The notes beneath the pieces are model-generated. The model did no database searches and was not told the origin of the DNA. It saw only the letters and a list, made by a program, of their open reading frames with translations. The translations under genes and the position numbers were made by a program. Of a DNA stretch of 64,000 nt, positions 1 to 9,267 are shown piece by piece (positions within the stretch are counted from its first letter, which is position 1; every line of letters starts with the position of its first letter). Origin of the DNA: Escherichia phage FL33; sequence record PP400788; one strand, written 5' to 3'.

Positions 1-1
1 A

Positions 2-301
2 GTGTCATTACAGAATAGCTGGGCGCCAAATGCTACAGCAGGTGGCGGTGGCGGCAGACCATTTGGCCTCGGCGGCGGTGGCGTTAATTGGCCTGGCGGT
101 AATGCTAGTTTGACGTCTCCGGGCAGTGCCGGTTACACTTCCCAATTCGGCGGAGGCAATGGCGGTGATGCTGGAGGTCGGGGCGGAGATGGATGGGGTA
201 ATCACTTATCTAGATCTGGCGGTGGTGCTCCTGGCAGAGCAGTATTCGGTTCTTCACCATCATGGGGCGCTACAGGCACGATCTACGGCTCCTGGATTTA
301 A
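2..301 (+). CDS. 38: Long tail fiber adhesin gp38-like, C-terminal fragment (5' end outside window)
   Basis: ORF open to window edge; glycine-rich blocks (GGGGG, GGGNGG, GGRGGDG) typical of T2-type gp38 adhesins; directly upstream of holin t. Confidence 0.55.
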   Translation: MSLQNSWAPNATAGGGGGRPFGLGGGGVNWPGGNASLTSPGSAGYTSQFGGGNGGDAGGRGGDGWGNHLSRSGGGAPGRAVFGSSPSWGATGTIYGSWI

Positions 302-319
302 ACGATAATACCTCTCAGT

Positions 320-327
320 TATAAATA
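320..327 (+). promoter_or_regulatory. T4-type late promoter TATAAATA upstream of holin t
   Basis: Exact TATAAATA about 20 nt upstream of the t start codon, followed by GGAGG RBS. Confidence 0.55.
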
Positions 328-346
328 TTGATAAATTGGAGGTAAT

Positions 347-1003
347 ATGGCAGCACCTAGAATATCATTTTCGCCCTCTGGTATTCTGTTTGGTGTTCTA
401 GATCGCTTGTTCAAAGATAACGCTACCGGGAAAGTTCTTGCTTCCCGAGTAGCTGTCGTAATTCTTTTATTTATGATGGCGATTGTTTGGTATAGGGGAG
501 ATAGTTTCTTTGAGTACTATAAGCAATCAAAGTATGAAACATACAGTGAAATTATTGAAAAGGAAAGAAATGCACGCTTTGAATCTGTCGCCCTGGAACA
601 ACTCCAGATAGTTCACATATCATCTGAGGCAGACTTTAGTGCGGTGTATTCTTTCCGCCCTAAAAACTTAAACTATTTTGTTGATATTATAGCATATGAA
701 GGAAAATTACCTTCAACAATAAGCGAAAAATCACTTGGAGGATATCCTGTTGATAAAACTATGGATGAATATACAGTTCATTTAAATGGACGTCATTATT
801 ATTCCAACTCAAAATTTGCTTTTTTACCAACTAAAAAGCCTACTCCCGAAATAAACTACATGTACAGTTGTCCATATTTCAATTTGGATAATATCTATGC
901 TGGAACAATAACCATGTACTGGTATAGAAATGATCATATAAGTAATGACCGCCTTGAATCAATATGTTCTCAGGCGGCCAGAATATTAGGAAGGGCTAAA
1001 TAA
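347..1003 (+). CDS. t: Holin T (lysis protein t)
   Basis: 218 aa, same length as T4 holin; N-terminal TM segment plus large periplasmic domain; sequence near-identical to remembered T4 T; GGAGG RBS. Confidence 0.92.
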   Translation: MAAPRISFSPSGILFGVLDRLFKDNATGKVLASRVAVVILLFMMAIVWYRGDSFFEYYKQSKYETYSEIIEKERNARFESVALEQLQIVHISSEADFSAVYSFRPKNLNYFVDIIAYEGKLPSTISEKSLGGYPVDKTMDEYTVHLNGRHYYSNSKFAFLPTKKPTPEINYMYSCPYFNLDNIYAGTITMYWYRNDHISNDRLESICSQAARILGRAK

Positions 1004-1276
1004 TTATTTGTTTGTATACATCTCTAGATATCGATATACACCTTCAAAACCCTCGTTGAATTCGTCGATGAGGGTTTTCTTATCTTCTTGAGTTAATTCA
1101 GAAACAATTTTACGGAATGAATTCTGATTTAATTTTCTACCTTCATGCGTTACTCCAATCTCATTCAGAAATGCAATAAAATTAGCACGATTCTCAACAA
1201 TATCTTCTCTGGAAAATTTAATCAAAATAGATGCAACAGTAATAATTTCACGAACTGTATCAATGTTTTTATTCAT
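1004..1276 (-). CDS. asiA: Anti-sigma-70 factor AsiA
   Basis: 90 aa; sequence MNKNIDTVREIITVASILIKFSREDIVENRANFIAFLNEIGVTHEGRKLN matches remembered T4 AsiA; convergent with t. Confidence 0.92.
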   Translation of the reverse strand: MNKNIDTVREIITVASILIKFSREDIVENRANFIAFLNEIGVTHEGRKLNQNSFRKIVSELTQEDKKTLIDEFNEGFEGVYRYLEMYTNK

Positions 1277-1307
1277 TAACTATACCACTCAATTAGTTGA
1301 CTTTGTT

Positions 1308-1336
1308 ATAATATCATCAGACGTTTGATTTGTAAA
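1308..1336 (-). promoter_or_regulatory. Early sigma70-type promoter upstream of asiA
   Basis: Minus-strand TTTACA, 17-bp spacer, TATTAT about 30 nt upstream of asiA ATG. Confidence 0.4.
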
Positions 1337-1512
1337 CTGGTCTGTGCTATTTTCTTCAAAAATTTTTTCTACGAATTCCTTGAACGACTTACGTTCCTGA
1401 GCTACATTATGCTCGATTACCTTTTCAAGATTATGACTCATTCGAAATAATCTTCAATTTCATAATCATGGACATAAATCATTATAGTTTTTAATACATC
1501 ATCAATACTTTT

Positions 1513-1716
1513 TCATGGAGCTGGAATTACGTAAAAATATCCTGCTTTTGAGAGGTCTTTATAAGTTCCAATCAAGAAATCATTATTCTCAAGATGTAGT
1601 TCTTCAACTAATTCATTGACAATTGAATGGTATAAATTTGGTAGAAACTTATATAGCTTTTCTAAAATATCAATTTTGATTGTGTATTGAACCACGGACT
1701 GAGAATCAATAATCAT
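1513..1716 (-). CDS. Hypothetical protein (asiA-motA interval)
   Basis: 67-aa minus-strand ORF in co-oriented early gene array. Confidence 0.45.
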   Translation of the reverse strand: MIIDSQSVVQYTIKIDILEKLYKFLPNLYHSIVNELVEELHLENNDFLIGTYKDLSKAGYFYVIPAP

Positions 1717-1799
1717 AGACCTTCCCCTTATGTTTCTGTTTGCGATTAGATTCTTTAAACGCTTTCTTCTTATCCTTATGAACAGAAGCTTTATTAAAA

Positions 1800-2018
1800 T
1801 TATGTTTTGCGACTAAATTGTTCATAGTGCTGAATTACCTCTCTTAAACATTTGCATGTGAATGAAAACTTTTTAGCTACACCACATTCAAATATATGTT
1901 CTCTTAAATCACGTGTATCGGTATATCCCATCTCAACAATAAAATGCCGTATTAAATTTTTATCTTTATCATTGAGAGAATTAAAATAGTCAGATTTTGA
2001 ATTAATTTCCCTGGCCAA
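1800..2018 (-). CDS. Hypothetical protein (asiA-motA interval)
   Basis: 72-aa ORF, co-oriented, several Cys residues. Confidence 0.45.
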   Translation of the reverse strand: MAREINSKSDYFNSLNDKDKNLIRHFIVEMGYTDTRDLREHIFECGVAKKFSFTCKCLREVIQHYEQFSRKT

Positions 2019-2298
2019 ATTGAATCACCTTCAGTTGACGTTTTAGCTCTTTTATCATCTCTTCGTTCATCGCAATATAAAGATCGCGTAAAGCAGGTTT
2101 TAGCATTCCATTTACCGGAGAACTAAATGGGCATACATAATCTTTTCCTACAAGCTTTTTGGTAAATTCCATATCACAAAATTTAAATGCTGGCTCATTC
2201 GCATAAATTCCCCAATTGGTTGACATCATTTTATTAGCATATTCCAGTGCCTGGATTTGATTCATAATTCCATCAATTTGAAACTTTTTAATATTCAT
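2002..2298 (-). CDS. Hypothetical protein (arn-region of T4-like phages)
   Basis: 98-aa ORF; position corresponds to T4 arn/arn.x block; identity not verifiable here. Confidence 0.5.
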   Translation of the reverse strand: MNIKKFQIDGIMNQIQALEYANKMMSTNWGIYANEPAFKFCDMEFTKKLVGKDYVCPFSSPVNGMLKPALRDLYIAMNEEMIKELKRQLKVIQFGQGN

Positions 2299-2759
2299 TA
2301 GTAAAGGTCCTCAGAGTAAAGTTCTTTTTCACTACCACCACGTTCAATACGTACTTGTCCAGCGTAAGTTGCAATAATCATTGCTTCTTCACGTGTCCAA
2401 TAATTACTATATTGGTCAATAAACCCTTGGTCATCATCACAAACTTGTTGAGTAACTAATTGAGGTTTAACTACATCTAAAACTTCTGCCATATCTTTAG
2501 AATAATGACGAGCACCTGGAATAATAAGAGTTCGTCCATCTTTTAATTTAAAACGGTTGGCTGCGCAAACAATTCGTCGTTGATACTTTTGGTTTTCATC
2601 CCAATACGCAGTCTGCCAACAGATTTCAGGAACTTCTTTCAGAATATCTTCTTCTGTGCATTTATAACCGTGTGCTTTAAATTTTTGAACAAGACTTTCT
2701 GGAGTCTCACGAGATAAAGGAACATTCAGCATTTTTAAACGATTAATAAATGGGTTCAT
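2298..2759 (-). CDS. Hypothetical protein
   Basis: 153-aa ORF, stop/start abutting neighbours. Confidence 0.55.
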   Translation of the reverse strand: MNPFINRLKMLNVPLSRETPESLVQKFKAHGYKCTEEDILKEVPEICWQTAYWDENQKYQRRIVCAANRFKLKDGRTLIIPGARHYSKDMAEVLDVVKPQLVTQQVCDDDQGFIDQYSNYWTREEAMIIATYAGQVRIERGGSEKELYSEDLY

Positions 2760-3085
2760 TTAAACCATCCTTTAATACGTTGCCACAAAGTTTTCTGTTG
2801 AGCTTTGTTAACACCAATTGAACGAATAACCGGTTGAGATTCCTGGAATTCTTTATAATCAGCAAGGTAAATTTCGTAAGCTGCATCTGTAAAGGAACTT
2901 ATCGCTGCCATAAAATTATTGCGAATACCTACTGGAGCATCTTTACTTTCACGAATAATCATGTATTTACCAGTCTTAATCTTTACGATAGTTCCAAGAT
3001 AAGCTCCATGATACCAGATGTCCCAACCCTCTTGAGTGGGTTCTGCACAACGACGAAGTTCATTGACAATTTCTAACTTGTTCAT
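2756..3085 (-). CDS. Hypothetical protein
   Basis: 109-aa ORF overlapping downstream gene start by 4 nt. Confidence 0.55.
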   Translation of the reverse strand: MNKLEIVNELRRCAEPTQEGWDIWYHGAYLGTIVKIKTGKYMIIRESKDAPVGIRNNFMAAISSFTDAAYEIYLADYKEFQESQPVIRSIGVNKAQQKTLWQRIKGWFK

Positions 3086-3095
3086 TATTTATTCC

Positions 3096-3731
3096 TCACA
3101 GTTCAGATGCTACAGTGATTACAGCTTCAATGTTTTCTGCTGAGCGTTTAATGTCAAGATACACATTACCGTTTTTAGCGATTTTACAAGACATTCCGAT
3201 ATCAGTAAATTTCTGAATATGATGTTCCATCATTTTGTATCCAAAAATTCGCATGTTTCCATTGTTGTTAATTTCAAAATTGCGAATTCCGTGAGTGCGT
3301 TTTTCTAAAATAGCAAGATAGTTACTGCGGTAAGTTTCAACCTTTTTAAGAACAAATCCATTTTCATCTAAAAGTTTTAACATGAGGTCTTTATCTTCTT
3401 CCATATCAGAAGTAATCTCACGAGCTTTACGAGTAGCACGTTTTTTCAGAAGTTCTGGAGCATTTTCCTGTGCATATAAAGTTGCTGCATTTGAAATAAT
3501 ATCTTGCGCTTCGCCTGTAATGATTAATCCATCACCTGATTTCTCTACCAGGCCTTTTTTAATTAATACCCCAATATTACTATTAACTACTGCGTTACCT
3601 AAATCTGGATGCACCTCACGAACTTCTGCAGCTGTAATGAAATCTTTCTTAGCAATAGTAATTAAAATCGCAGCAGTTTTTTCATTCAGAACATCGTTAG
3701 AAGCTTTGATGATGTAAGTTACTTTAGACAT
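3096..3731 (-). CDS. motA: Middle transcription activator MotA
   Basis: 211 aa as in T4 MotA; position between asiA block and gene 52. Confidence 0.88.
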   Translation of the reverse strand: MSKVTYIIKASNDVLNEKTAAILITIAKKDFITAAEVREVHPDLGNAVVNSNIGVLIKKGLVEKSGDGLIITGEAQDIISNAATLYAQENAPELLKKRATRKAREITSDMEEDKDLMLKLLDENGFVLKKVETYRSNYLAILEKRTHGIRNFEINNNGNMRIFGYKMMEHHIQKFTDIGMSCKIAKNGNVYLDIKRSAENIEAVITVASEL

Positions 3732-3772
3732 TTTCTAATCTCCGTAATTCTGTATCAGTAGTTGATAGTTGT

Positions 3773-3801
3773 ATAGTACCACAGTATGCTTTGGTTGTAA
3801 A
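3773..3801 (-). promoter_or_regulatory. Early sigma70-type promoter (member of repeated element)
   Basis: Minus-strand TTTACA-17bp-TACTAT within conserved ~50-bp element upstream of motA. Confidence 0.6.
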
Positions 3802-3811
3802 CCGTTTTGTG

Positions 3812-3854
3812 AAAAAAATTTTTGAAATAAAAAAGGGAGAGCCGAGGCTCTCCC
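3812..3854 (-). terminator. Intrinsic terminator after gene 52
   Basis: GGGAGAGCC-TCGG-CTCTCCC hairpin followed on the minus transcript by a U-run. Confidence 0.65.
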
Positions 3855-4005
3855 TAAAATTATTGCATGACTGTGATAACTGTCATGATAACACGTTGAA
3901 TGCCGAACGCAAGAAGACCTCCTGCTACGGCTGGAACAACACCTAAACCCGCCAGTAAAATGCTACCGGATACTAATGCAGCGCTTGTAATACCTATGAA
4001 TGGAC

Positions 4006-5334
4006 TCATTTGATTTCCTCTAAATCTTTGGTGTATTCTGTAACTACATCAGTAGTTTTCCAATATTCGTTTTCTTCTTTTTTAGCTTTAGCTTCTTCAG
4101 CAAGTTTCTTTGCTTCATCAGAAGTCATATGAAAAATATTCATACCAACTAGTTTATCAACATAAGAAGAATACATATCAATTTTAGAAAGTTCTTCGGT
4201 CAGTTCTTTACGAGTTTTACCTTGAACAACAATTTCACCTGAAATTACTTTCTTAATGAAATGCGCCTTGGCAAAGGCTAAACGAAAAGCTGACTCAGTT
4301 TCTTTGATTTTGTTATCAATTCGTTTTTGGACATAAGTTTTACGAACTTCAACAAAGTCTTTAATTAAATCGACTACGTTATCGTAAACTTGTAGCTTTC
4401 CTTTCTCATTAATAACCGTAATATTCTGAGAACGACGCTCAATCAACCCGAAGTCTTTCATAATTTTCGCGTGACGTTCTTCTTCGTTATCGCTCAAAGC
4501 GTATTCTTTGCGGAATTTAACTTTAAAGCCAAAACCATGCTCACCACAAGCATCATCCCATGTAATGAAGCCTTTATCTTCAAGTGGATCTAAAATTTTG
4601 CTCACATAAGTTTCACGATCATACTTATACGGAATCTCAGTGATATGCATTTGAGTTCGTGAAGTAAACTTATATGTTCCACGAATTTCATATTGTCCAT
4701 CAATTTCAACGACTTCACCACGAAATTCTGGGAATTCTACCTTCGGTTTAGTTACTTTCTTTCCTTGAAGAGCTTGTAGTACAGCTTTCTTGACAGAAGA
4801 AACACTATGAGGAAGAATGTAAGTTGCATAACCAGTTGCAATACCGGAAACGCCATTAAGAAGAACAGTAGGAATAATAGGCAAATAGAAAGCAGGCGGA
4901 ATGTGTTCTTTATCTTGATGTACCGGAGCATATTCAGTATCTTTATATACGTTATAGAAATTTTTACTTACACGAGCAAAAATATAACGACTTGCCGCTG
5001 CCTTTTGGACAGTACGAGAACCAAAGTTTCCTTGACCATCTAATAGAGGAAAGTTATTATTCCAAGTATTAGCCATCAAAGCACCTGCGTCTTGCGCAGA
5101 GTTTTCACCATGATGATATCCAAGGTCCGCTACACCGCCTGCGATAGAAGCGAGTTTGTGAAACTTATCTTTATTTCCTCGTGCCAAATCAAGAGCTCGA
5201 GCAATAACAAATCGTTGAACTGGCTTAAATCCGTCAATCATATTTGGGATAGCACGATTTTCAACCGTGTACATAGCATAAGCCAATGCTTCATTATCAA
5301 TGATACTTTTTAAATCGCGATTATTCAGTTGCAT
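4006..5334 (-). CDS. 52: DNA topoisomerase II medium subunit gp52
   Basis: 442 aa, same as T4 gp52; GyrA-like motifs; conserved position next to stp/ndd. Confidence 0.93.
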   Translation of the reverse strand: MQLNNRDLKSIIDNEALAYAMYTVENRAIPNMIDGFKPVQRFVIARALDLARGNKDKFHKLASIAGGVADLGYHHGENSAQDAGALMANTWNNNFPLLDGQGNFGSRTVQKAAASRYIFARVSKNFYNVYKDTEYAPVHQDKEHIPPAFYLPIIPTVLLNGVSGIATGYATYILPHSVSSVKKAVLQALQGKKVTKPKVEFPEFRGEVVEIDGQYEIRGTYKFTSRTQMHITEIPYKYDRETYVSKILDPLEDKGFITWDDACGEHGFGFKVKFRKEYALSDNEEERHAKIMKDFGLIERRSQNITVINEKGKLQVYDNVVDLIKDFVEVRKTYVQKRIDNKIKETESAFRLAFAKAHFIKKVISGEIVVQGKTRKELTEELSKIDMYSSYVDKLVGMNIFHMTSDEAKKLAEEAKAKKEENEYWKTTDVVTEYTKDLEEIK

Positions 5335-5338
5335 AAAT

Positions 5339-5479
5339 TTACCATACTAGTGAATGTAGTGCCATAATAACATCAGAAATGAAAAGCACGACTTGAATTA
5401 ATCCGAACATTACTCCATAATATAACGCTATTAATAAAATAGCAAGGGCTAATGAATAGCCCAAGATTTTCTTAATCAT
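5339..5479 (-). CDS. Small hydrophobic protein (46 aa), 52.1-like
   Basis: ATG overlapping upstream stop (ATGA); hydrophobic; below ORF-track size cutoff. Confidence 0.45.
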   Translation of the reverse strand: MIKKILGYSLALAILLIALYYGVMFGLIQVVLFISDVIMALHSLVW

Positions 5480-5630
5480 TAGTAGATAACAACACAAATG
5501 TTAAATATGCACACATACCCTGGGCTAAAGCTTGTGAAAACACACTGCTAGCATCGATACAGATAGTTAAAACACATGCTACTATCCAACAAATAAATGA
5601 AATAACTCCTAATAATTTTGCGATATTCAT
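5472..5630 (-). CDS. Small membrane protein (52 aa), ac-like
   Basis: 52-aa hydrophobic ORF; start overlaps stp stop; T4 ac is about 51 aa at this position (memory). Confidence 0.5.
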   Translation of the reverse strand: MNIAKLLGVISFICWIVACVLTICIDASSVFSQALAQGMCAYLTFVLLSTND

Positions 5631-5716
5631 ATTTTCCTCTGGCGTCCGAAGACGCCTTTGATTTTAAGATTGTTACGATAAAACTGCATCACATGTTCGT
5701 TATGGAAATTACTCAT
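5627..5716 (-). CDS. stp: Stp peptide (activator of PrrC anticodon nuclease / inhibitor of EcoprrI)
   Basis: 29-aa [32 protein letters not shown] matching remembered T4 Stp; ATG overlaps ndd stop. Confidence 0.75.
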   Translation of the reverse strand: MSNFHNEHVMQFYRNNLKIKGVFGRQRKI

Positions 5717-6163
5717 TAATATGCCTGCAAAACAAATTTAAAGTTATCAGCCAACATACGGTTCATTTCTTCAAGTGTTTGATACTCAGAATGATGATTA
5801 CGAGTAAACGCTAAAGCTAACTGTCCTTTTCCAAATCCCGTCGTCAGAGGTTTCATCTTAGAAGCAGGCAGATAAAATACTGTGTATGGAACATTGTTAT
5901 TTGCAATAGTACGTGCAAGCTGAGACCGACGTTGACGAATATGACTTAGAACTGCGCTGAATCCTTGCTTAGAACGTTGATTACCTACATAAAATCGTGC
6001 AGACACACATGGATTACTAAATGGACGACCATCTAATTTACTTACTAAAAAGTTTAGATAAAATATCTTTATGTGGAACTCCCAAAAACCATTCACCGTT
6101 CTTGATTGTACCAATAACAGTAGCGCCTGCGTTGTTCAGATCAGTAACAGTCATATATTTCAT
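5716..6163 (-). pseudogene. ndd: ndd (nucleoid disruption) disrupted by frameshift
   Basis: ATG at 6163 opens 41 codons ([37 protein letters not shown]..) then stop at 6038-6040; remaining ~110 codons (..[23 protein letters not shown]..) are in +1 frame with no ATG. Confidence 0.7.
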
Positions 6164-6223
6164 ATTAATTTCCTCTAAATTATTTTCTACTCCAAGGCCG
6201 CATGAATACACACGGCCATTAAA

Positions 6224-6439
6224 TTACTCGTCGCAGTCGACGCTCAATTCCCAGAATTCTTCTACGGTATAAGTTTCAGTATCATTTTCAATACAGAAAC
6301 GTTCATTACTATTATTTGCTAAAGTAGCATTAACTGTCGGTTTCTCGCTAGTGCTCTTAAGAGGTGAAATACGAATTAACTGATCACCGTTATCTAAACA
6401 AAAAATTTCACCAACTTTTACATCTTTAAAAATTTTCAT
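6224..6439 (-). CDS. Hypothetical protein (ndd-denB interval)
   Basis: 71-aa co-oriented ORF. Confidence 0.5.
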   Translation of the reverse strand: MKIFKDVKVGEIFCLDNGDQLIRISPLKSTSEKPTVNATLANNSNERFCIENDTETYTVEEFWELSVDCDE

Positions 6440-6554
6440 AATTCACCTCAAGGAGTATAAAATCCAAATGCAGTTGTTGACCATCCCATCCAATATGGGA
6501 AATTTGCACCAATGTAAAACATAAGAATATAAAACCAACCGCTCAGCAAATTCA

Positions 6555-6773
6555 TCATTTTACACCATTCCAAATTGTTTCAACTACGGATTTTAAACCA
6601 TTTTGATGAATATCAATTCCGACTACTGTCATCAAATAGATTCCAACTACAACTGAACCTAAGGCAAAAATCAGCATGAAAATGAATAAAGCCGGAAAAA
6701 TATTATCGAAAAACCATTCAATAAATGTAAAAGCACTGCGTTTACGCTTCATATTTTCCTCACATAAATCCAA
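6555..6773 (-). CDS. Small membrane protein
   Basis: 72-aa ORF with hydrophobic core; start not refined. Confidence 0.5.
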   Translation of the reverse strand: MDLCEENMKRKRSAFTFIEWFFDNIFPALFIFMLIFALGSVVVGIYLMTVVGIDIHQNGLKSVVETIWNGVK

Positions 6774-6873
6774 AGTAAACGTTTAATACATCAATCATTA
6801 AAACGATTGGGAATATACTCAAAACTACTAGTATTATAACTACATTCCATATAGCTTTAATAATCTTTTTCAT
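6760..6873 (-). CDS. Small membrane protein (37 aa)
   Basis: ATG with GGAGG RBS directly downstream of an early promoter; longer ORF-track version would include the promoter. Confidence 0.45.
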   Translation of the reverse strand: MKKIIKAIWNVVIILVVLSIFPIVLMIDVLNVYFGFM

Positions 6874-6901
6874 TTTCTGTTCCTCCGTAGTTGATAATTG
6901 T

Positions 6902-6930
6902 ATAGTACCACGGAAGAACAGTCTTGTAAA
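6902..6930 (-). promoter_or_regulatory. Early sigma70-type promoter (repeated element)
   Basis: TTTACA-17bp-TACTAT plus conserved flanks. Confidence 0.6.
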
Positions 6931-7113
6931 CAACTTTTTTAAAAATATTCGTAATAAATGTGAATACCAACTACTACCGCTGAAACCTGTGCAACCCACC
7001 ACGCACAAGCAATAAGTACAGAATTCAAAATTTTCATAATAACCTCATTACAAAAGTAAATGTTAAACAAATTACTGGAATACTAATTAACCAAACAAAA
7101 CACCACAGTGAAC

Positions 7114-7377
7114 TCATAGTTCAATCTCAGCGATTTTCATTTCATTACTATTAATAGCCGCTTTAAGACTATCTGAAAGAATTACATTCCAATGGTCATT
7201 CATATGACCACTAACTAAGCGTGTAATTTCTTCGGGAGTTGAAAAATAAGGCGTATCAGACTCCCAATGTGATAGTCCCAAACGAGTATAAATCATACCT
7301 TCATCATCGCTAGAATATTCAACTGACACAAACTCATCAGTTATTTTATGTTTAGCGTAATAAAATTTAAATTTCAT
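7114..7377 (-). CDS. Hypothetical protein
   Basis: 87-aa ORF immediately downstream of an early promoter with GGAGG RBS. Confidence 0.55.
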   Translation of the reverse strand: MKFKFYYAKHKITDEFVSVEYSSDDEGMIYTRLGLSHWESDTPYFSTPEEITRLVSGHMNDHWNVILSDSLKAAINSNEMKIAEIEL

Positions 7378-7404
7378 TTTTACTCCTCCGTAGCTGATAG
7401 TTGT

Positions 7405-7433
7405 ATAGTACCACGGTCCTTGTGGTATGTAAA
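7405..7433 (-). promoter_or_regulatory. Early sigma70-type promoter (repeated element)
   Basis: TTTACA-17bp-TACTAT, conserved flanking sequence. Confidence 0.6.
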
Positions 7434-7450
7434 CCGTTTTGTGAAAATTT

Positions 7451-8008
7451 TTAAATGGAAAGATACCATCCGTTGTAGTTGCTTTTTCTTACAACCTTAC
7501 GAAGGTCTTCTCTATCACCGATGAACTTCGGAGTGTACTGGATGACACCTGGATGAATTTCTTTAGTGTTGAATATAATTATACAGTCAGCGACCTGATG
7601 ATTCAGAATGGGCCCTAGATTTATTCCAGAACCGTATGGATACTCTCCGCTGCATCCGGTTGTTACTGAAATCCAACGTGAGTCAGTTTGATGTGTTTTG
7701 ACTTCTACACGAAGCCCGCAGTATTTTGGATGCGCTAATACATCCCATGCGTACGTATATGGGTCATTAACATCCTCTTGACCTTTATTAACATACCCGC
7801 TCAGCCAATCGGCTACAAAAAACTCTGCATACACAGCGATACGACATCTTTCAATAACTTCTGCTTTATCCTGATTAGGATTTTGTTTTAAAGAGTATCT
7901 TGCTGTATCAGCAATTTTGACCTTCATTTCACTAGTCAAATCATTGTTCGATAGGGTAAATGTTGGAATCTGAAATAGTCTCTGTAAACCCGGATTCGTT
8001 TTCTGCAT
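7451..8008 (-). CDS. denB: Endonuclease IV DenB (probable)
   Basis: 185 aa, same length as T4 DenB; located between ndd block and rIIB. Confidence 0.7.
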   Translation of the reverse strand: MQKTNPGLQRLFQIPTFTLSNNDLTSEMKVKIADTARYSLKQNPNQDKAEVIERCRIAVYAEFFVADWLSGYVNKGQEDVNDPYTYAWDVLAHPKYCGLRVEVKTHQTDSRWISVTTGCSGEYPYGSGINLGPILNHQVADCIIIFNTKEIHPGVIQYTPKFIGDREDLRKVVRKSNYNGWYLSI

Positions 8009-8057
8009 TAAACTTTCCTTTCACGTCGGAATCACTGATATTCATATAATAAATCAT

Positions 8058-8090
8058 AGTTTCTCTTAAAACAAAAGGGCCGAAGCCCTT
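8058..8090 (-). terminator. UUCG-loop hairpin with U-tract
   Basis: AAGGGC-UUCG-GCCCUU on minus transcript followed by UUUUGUUUU. Confidence 0.5.
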
Positions 8091-8094
8091 TATT

Positions 8095-8289
8095 TTATTT
8101 GAATTGTGCAATTCTTTTCTCTAAACAATCTGCATAAGATTTCATTGAGATAAACTGCGAAAGCAACAGTTCTTGCTCAACTGCATTAACCGTTGAAAAC
8201 TTTTCACTTTCTAAAAATTTGCTCAATGCATTAATTTTGAGCATTAATTGATCGTATTCTTCTTTTACTCGTGCTTGATAACCTAACAT
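8095..8289 (-). CDS. Hypothetical protein (denB-rIIB interval)
   Basis: 64-aa ORF with GAGG RBS. Confidence 0.5.
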   Translation of the reverse strand: MLGYQARVKEEYDQLMLKINALSKFLESEKFSTVNAVEQELLLSQFISMKSYADCLEKRIAQFK

Positions 8290-8317
8290 AATTTTCCTCA
8301 GTTAAGGGCCGAAGCCC

Positions 8318-9256
8318 TTATTTAAATTGTTCAGTAACGTCTTCAACTACTTCGTATTGGCAGGTACGCATTTTAGCATCGTTGTAATCAATTGGAATTG
8401 ATACTACATCACGAGGATGCACTTTAACTTTTACAACTCGACTAGTTGAACTGCCAAAGTGACGAATATAAGATTTAGAACACACATGCAGACCACGAGA
8501 ACAAGTTTGTGTATCATCGTCATTCACACGAGTGCGTGGCATTTTAACTACTTTACCAGGACTGTTATCAAAAGTATTTGAGTGACAGTCAAAGTAATTG
8601 CTGCGAACTACTTTCCAAGCATAGAAGTAGCCATCTTCTGTAATTTCAATATCGTTTGCTACCAAGAAATCAAAGAGTCGAGATACCGCTTTTTGGCTCG
8701 GGTTTTCCAACAGATTTTCCAAGAACGGAAAATAAAATTCAAAGTTTTCGCCTTTTTCCATCGAATCAAGAATACGATCAACTAAACCAGACCGCAATTC
8801 AATGTTTTGATAGAACAAGCTTCCACCTTCAATTCGAACATCACCGGAAATATATTTTTCAACAGCGCGACGAACGTTAATTTTTTGTGCTGCTTCTTCC
8901 AATTTATCTGCAACAAGCAGATTAAGAATTTCCTGGAAGTTTGAATGAGTATTAGGAGTTGCGTTATAAGTTACACCGTCAACAGTAATTGAAATGAATT
9001 TTTTAGATGCATTCCAAATAATGTCAGATTTAGCAACTGGAGCAATAGCTACATCACTCTTAACTTCAACTGTAATGTCACCGCTAATGGTAACTTTGGA
9101 GCGCTCAGCTTCTTCAGCATTTTTCAAAACACGACGGATGGTGTCAACCGATACACCTTGCCAATCAGCCAATTCCTGTTGGGTGTAATTACCACTTGAA
9201 TACAGTTTGACAATTTCAGCTTGTTCGTTTTTGGTCAGGCATTTAATATTGTACAT
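8318..9256 (-). CDS. rIIB: rIIB protein
   Basis: 312 aa as T4 rIIB; N-terminus MYNIKCLTKNEQAEIVKLYSSGNYTQQELADWQGVSVDTIRR matches; adjacent to rIIA. Confidence 0.92.
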   Translation of the reverse strand: MYNIKCLTKNEQAEIVKLYSSGNYTQQELADWQGVSVDTIRRVLKNAEEAERSKVTISGDITVEVKSDVAIAPVAKSDIIWNASKKFISITVDGVTYNATPNTHSNFQEILNLLVADKLEEAAQKINVRRAVEKYISGDVRIEGGSLFYQNIELRSGLVDRILDSMEKGENFEFYFPFLENLLENPSQKAVSRLFDFLVANDIEITEDGYFYAWKVVRSNYFDCHSNTFDNSPGKVVKMPRTRVNDDDTQTCSRGLHVCSKSYIRHFGSSTSRVVKVKVHPRDVVSIPIDYNDAKMRTCQYEVVEDVTEQFK

Positions 9257-9267
9257 AATTTTCCTTA

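Noticed and set aside
8-205. Minus-strand 65-aa ORF at the window start
   Set aside because: It is antisense to the glycine-rich gp38 coding region; the GC-rich Gly codons create an open antisense frame by chance.
3382-3717. Plus-strand ORFs embedded in minus-strand genes (for example 3382-3717, 4807-5043, 5092-5313, 8582-8880, 12978-13256, 27790-28031, 38520-38936, 40932-41315, 49780-49995, 60081-60320)
   Set aside because: They lie antisense within well-supported conserved genes (motA, 52, rIIB, 39, 41, 45, 46, nrdD, the ATPase) and lack ribosome-binding sites; most likely chance ORFs in AT-rich DNA.
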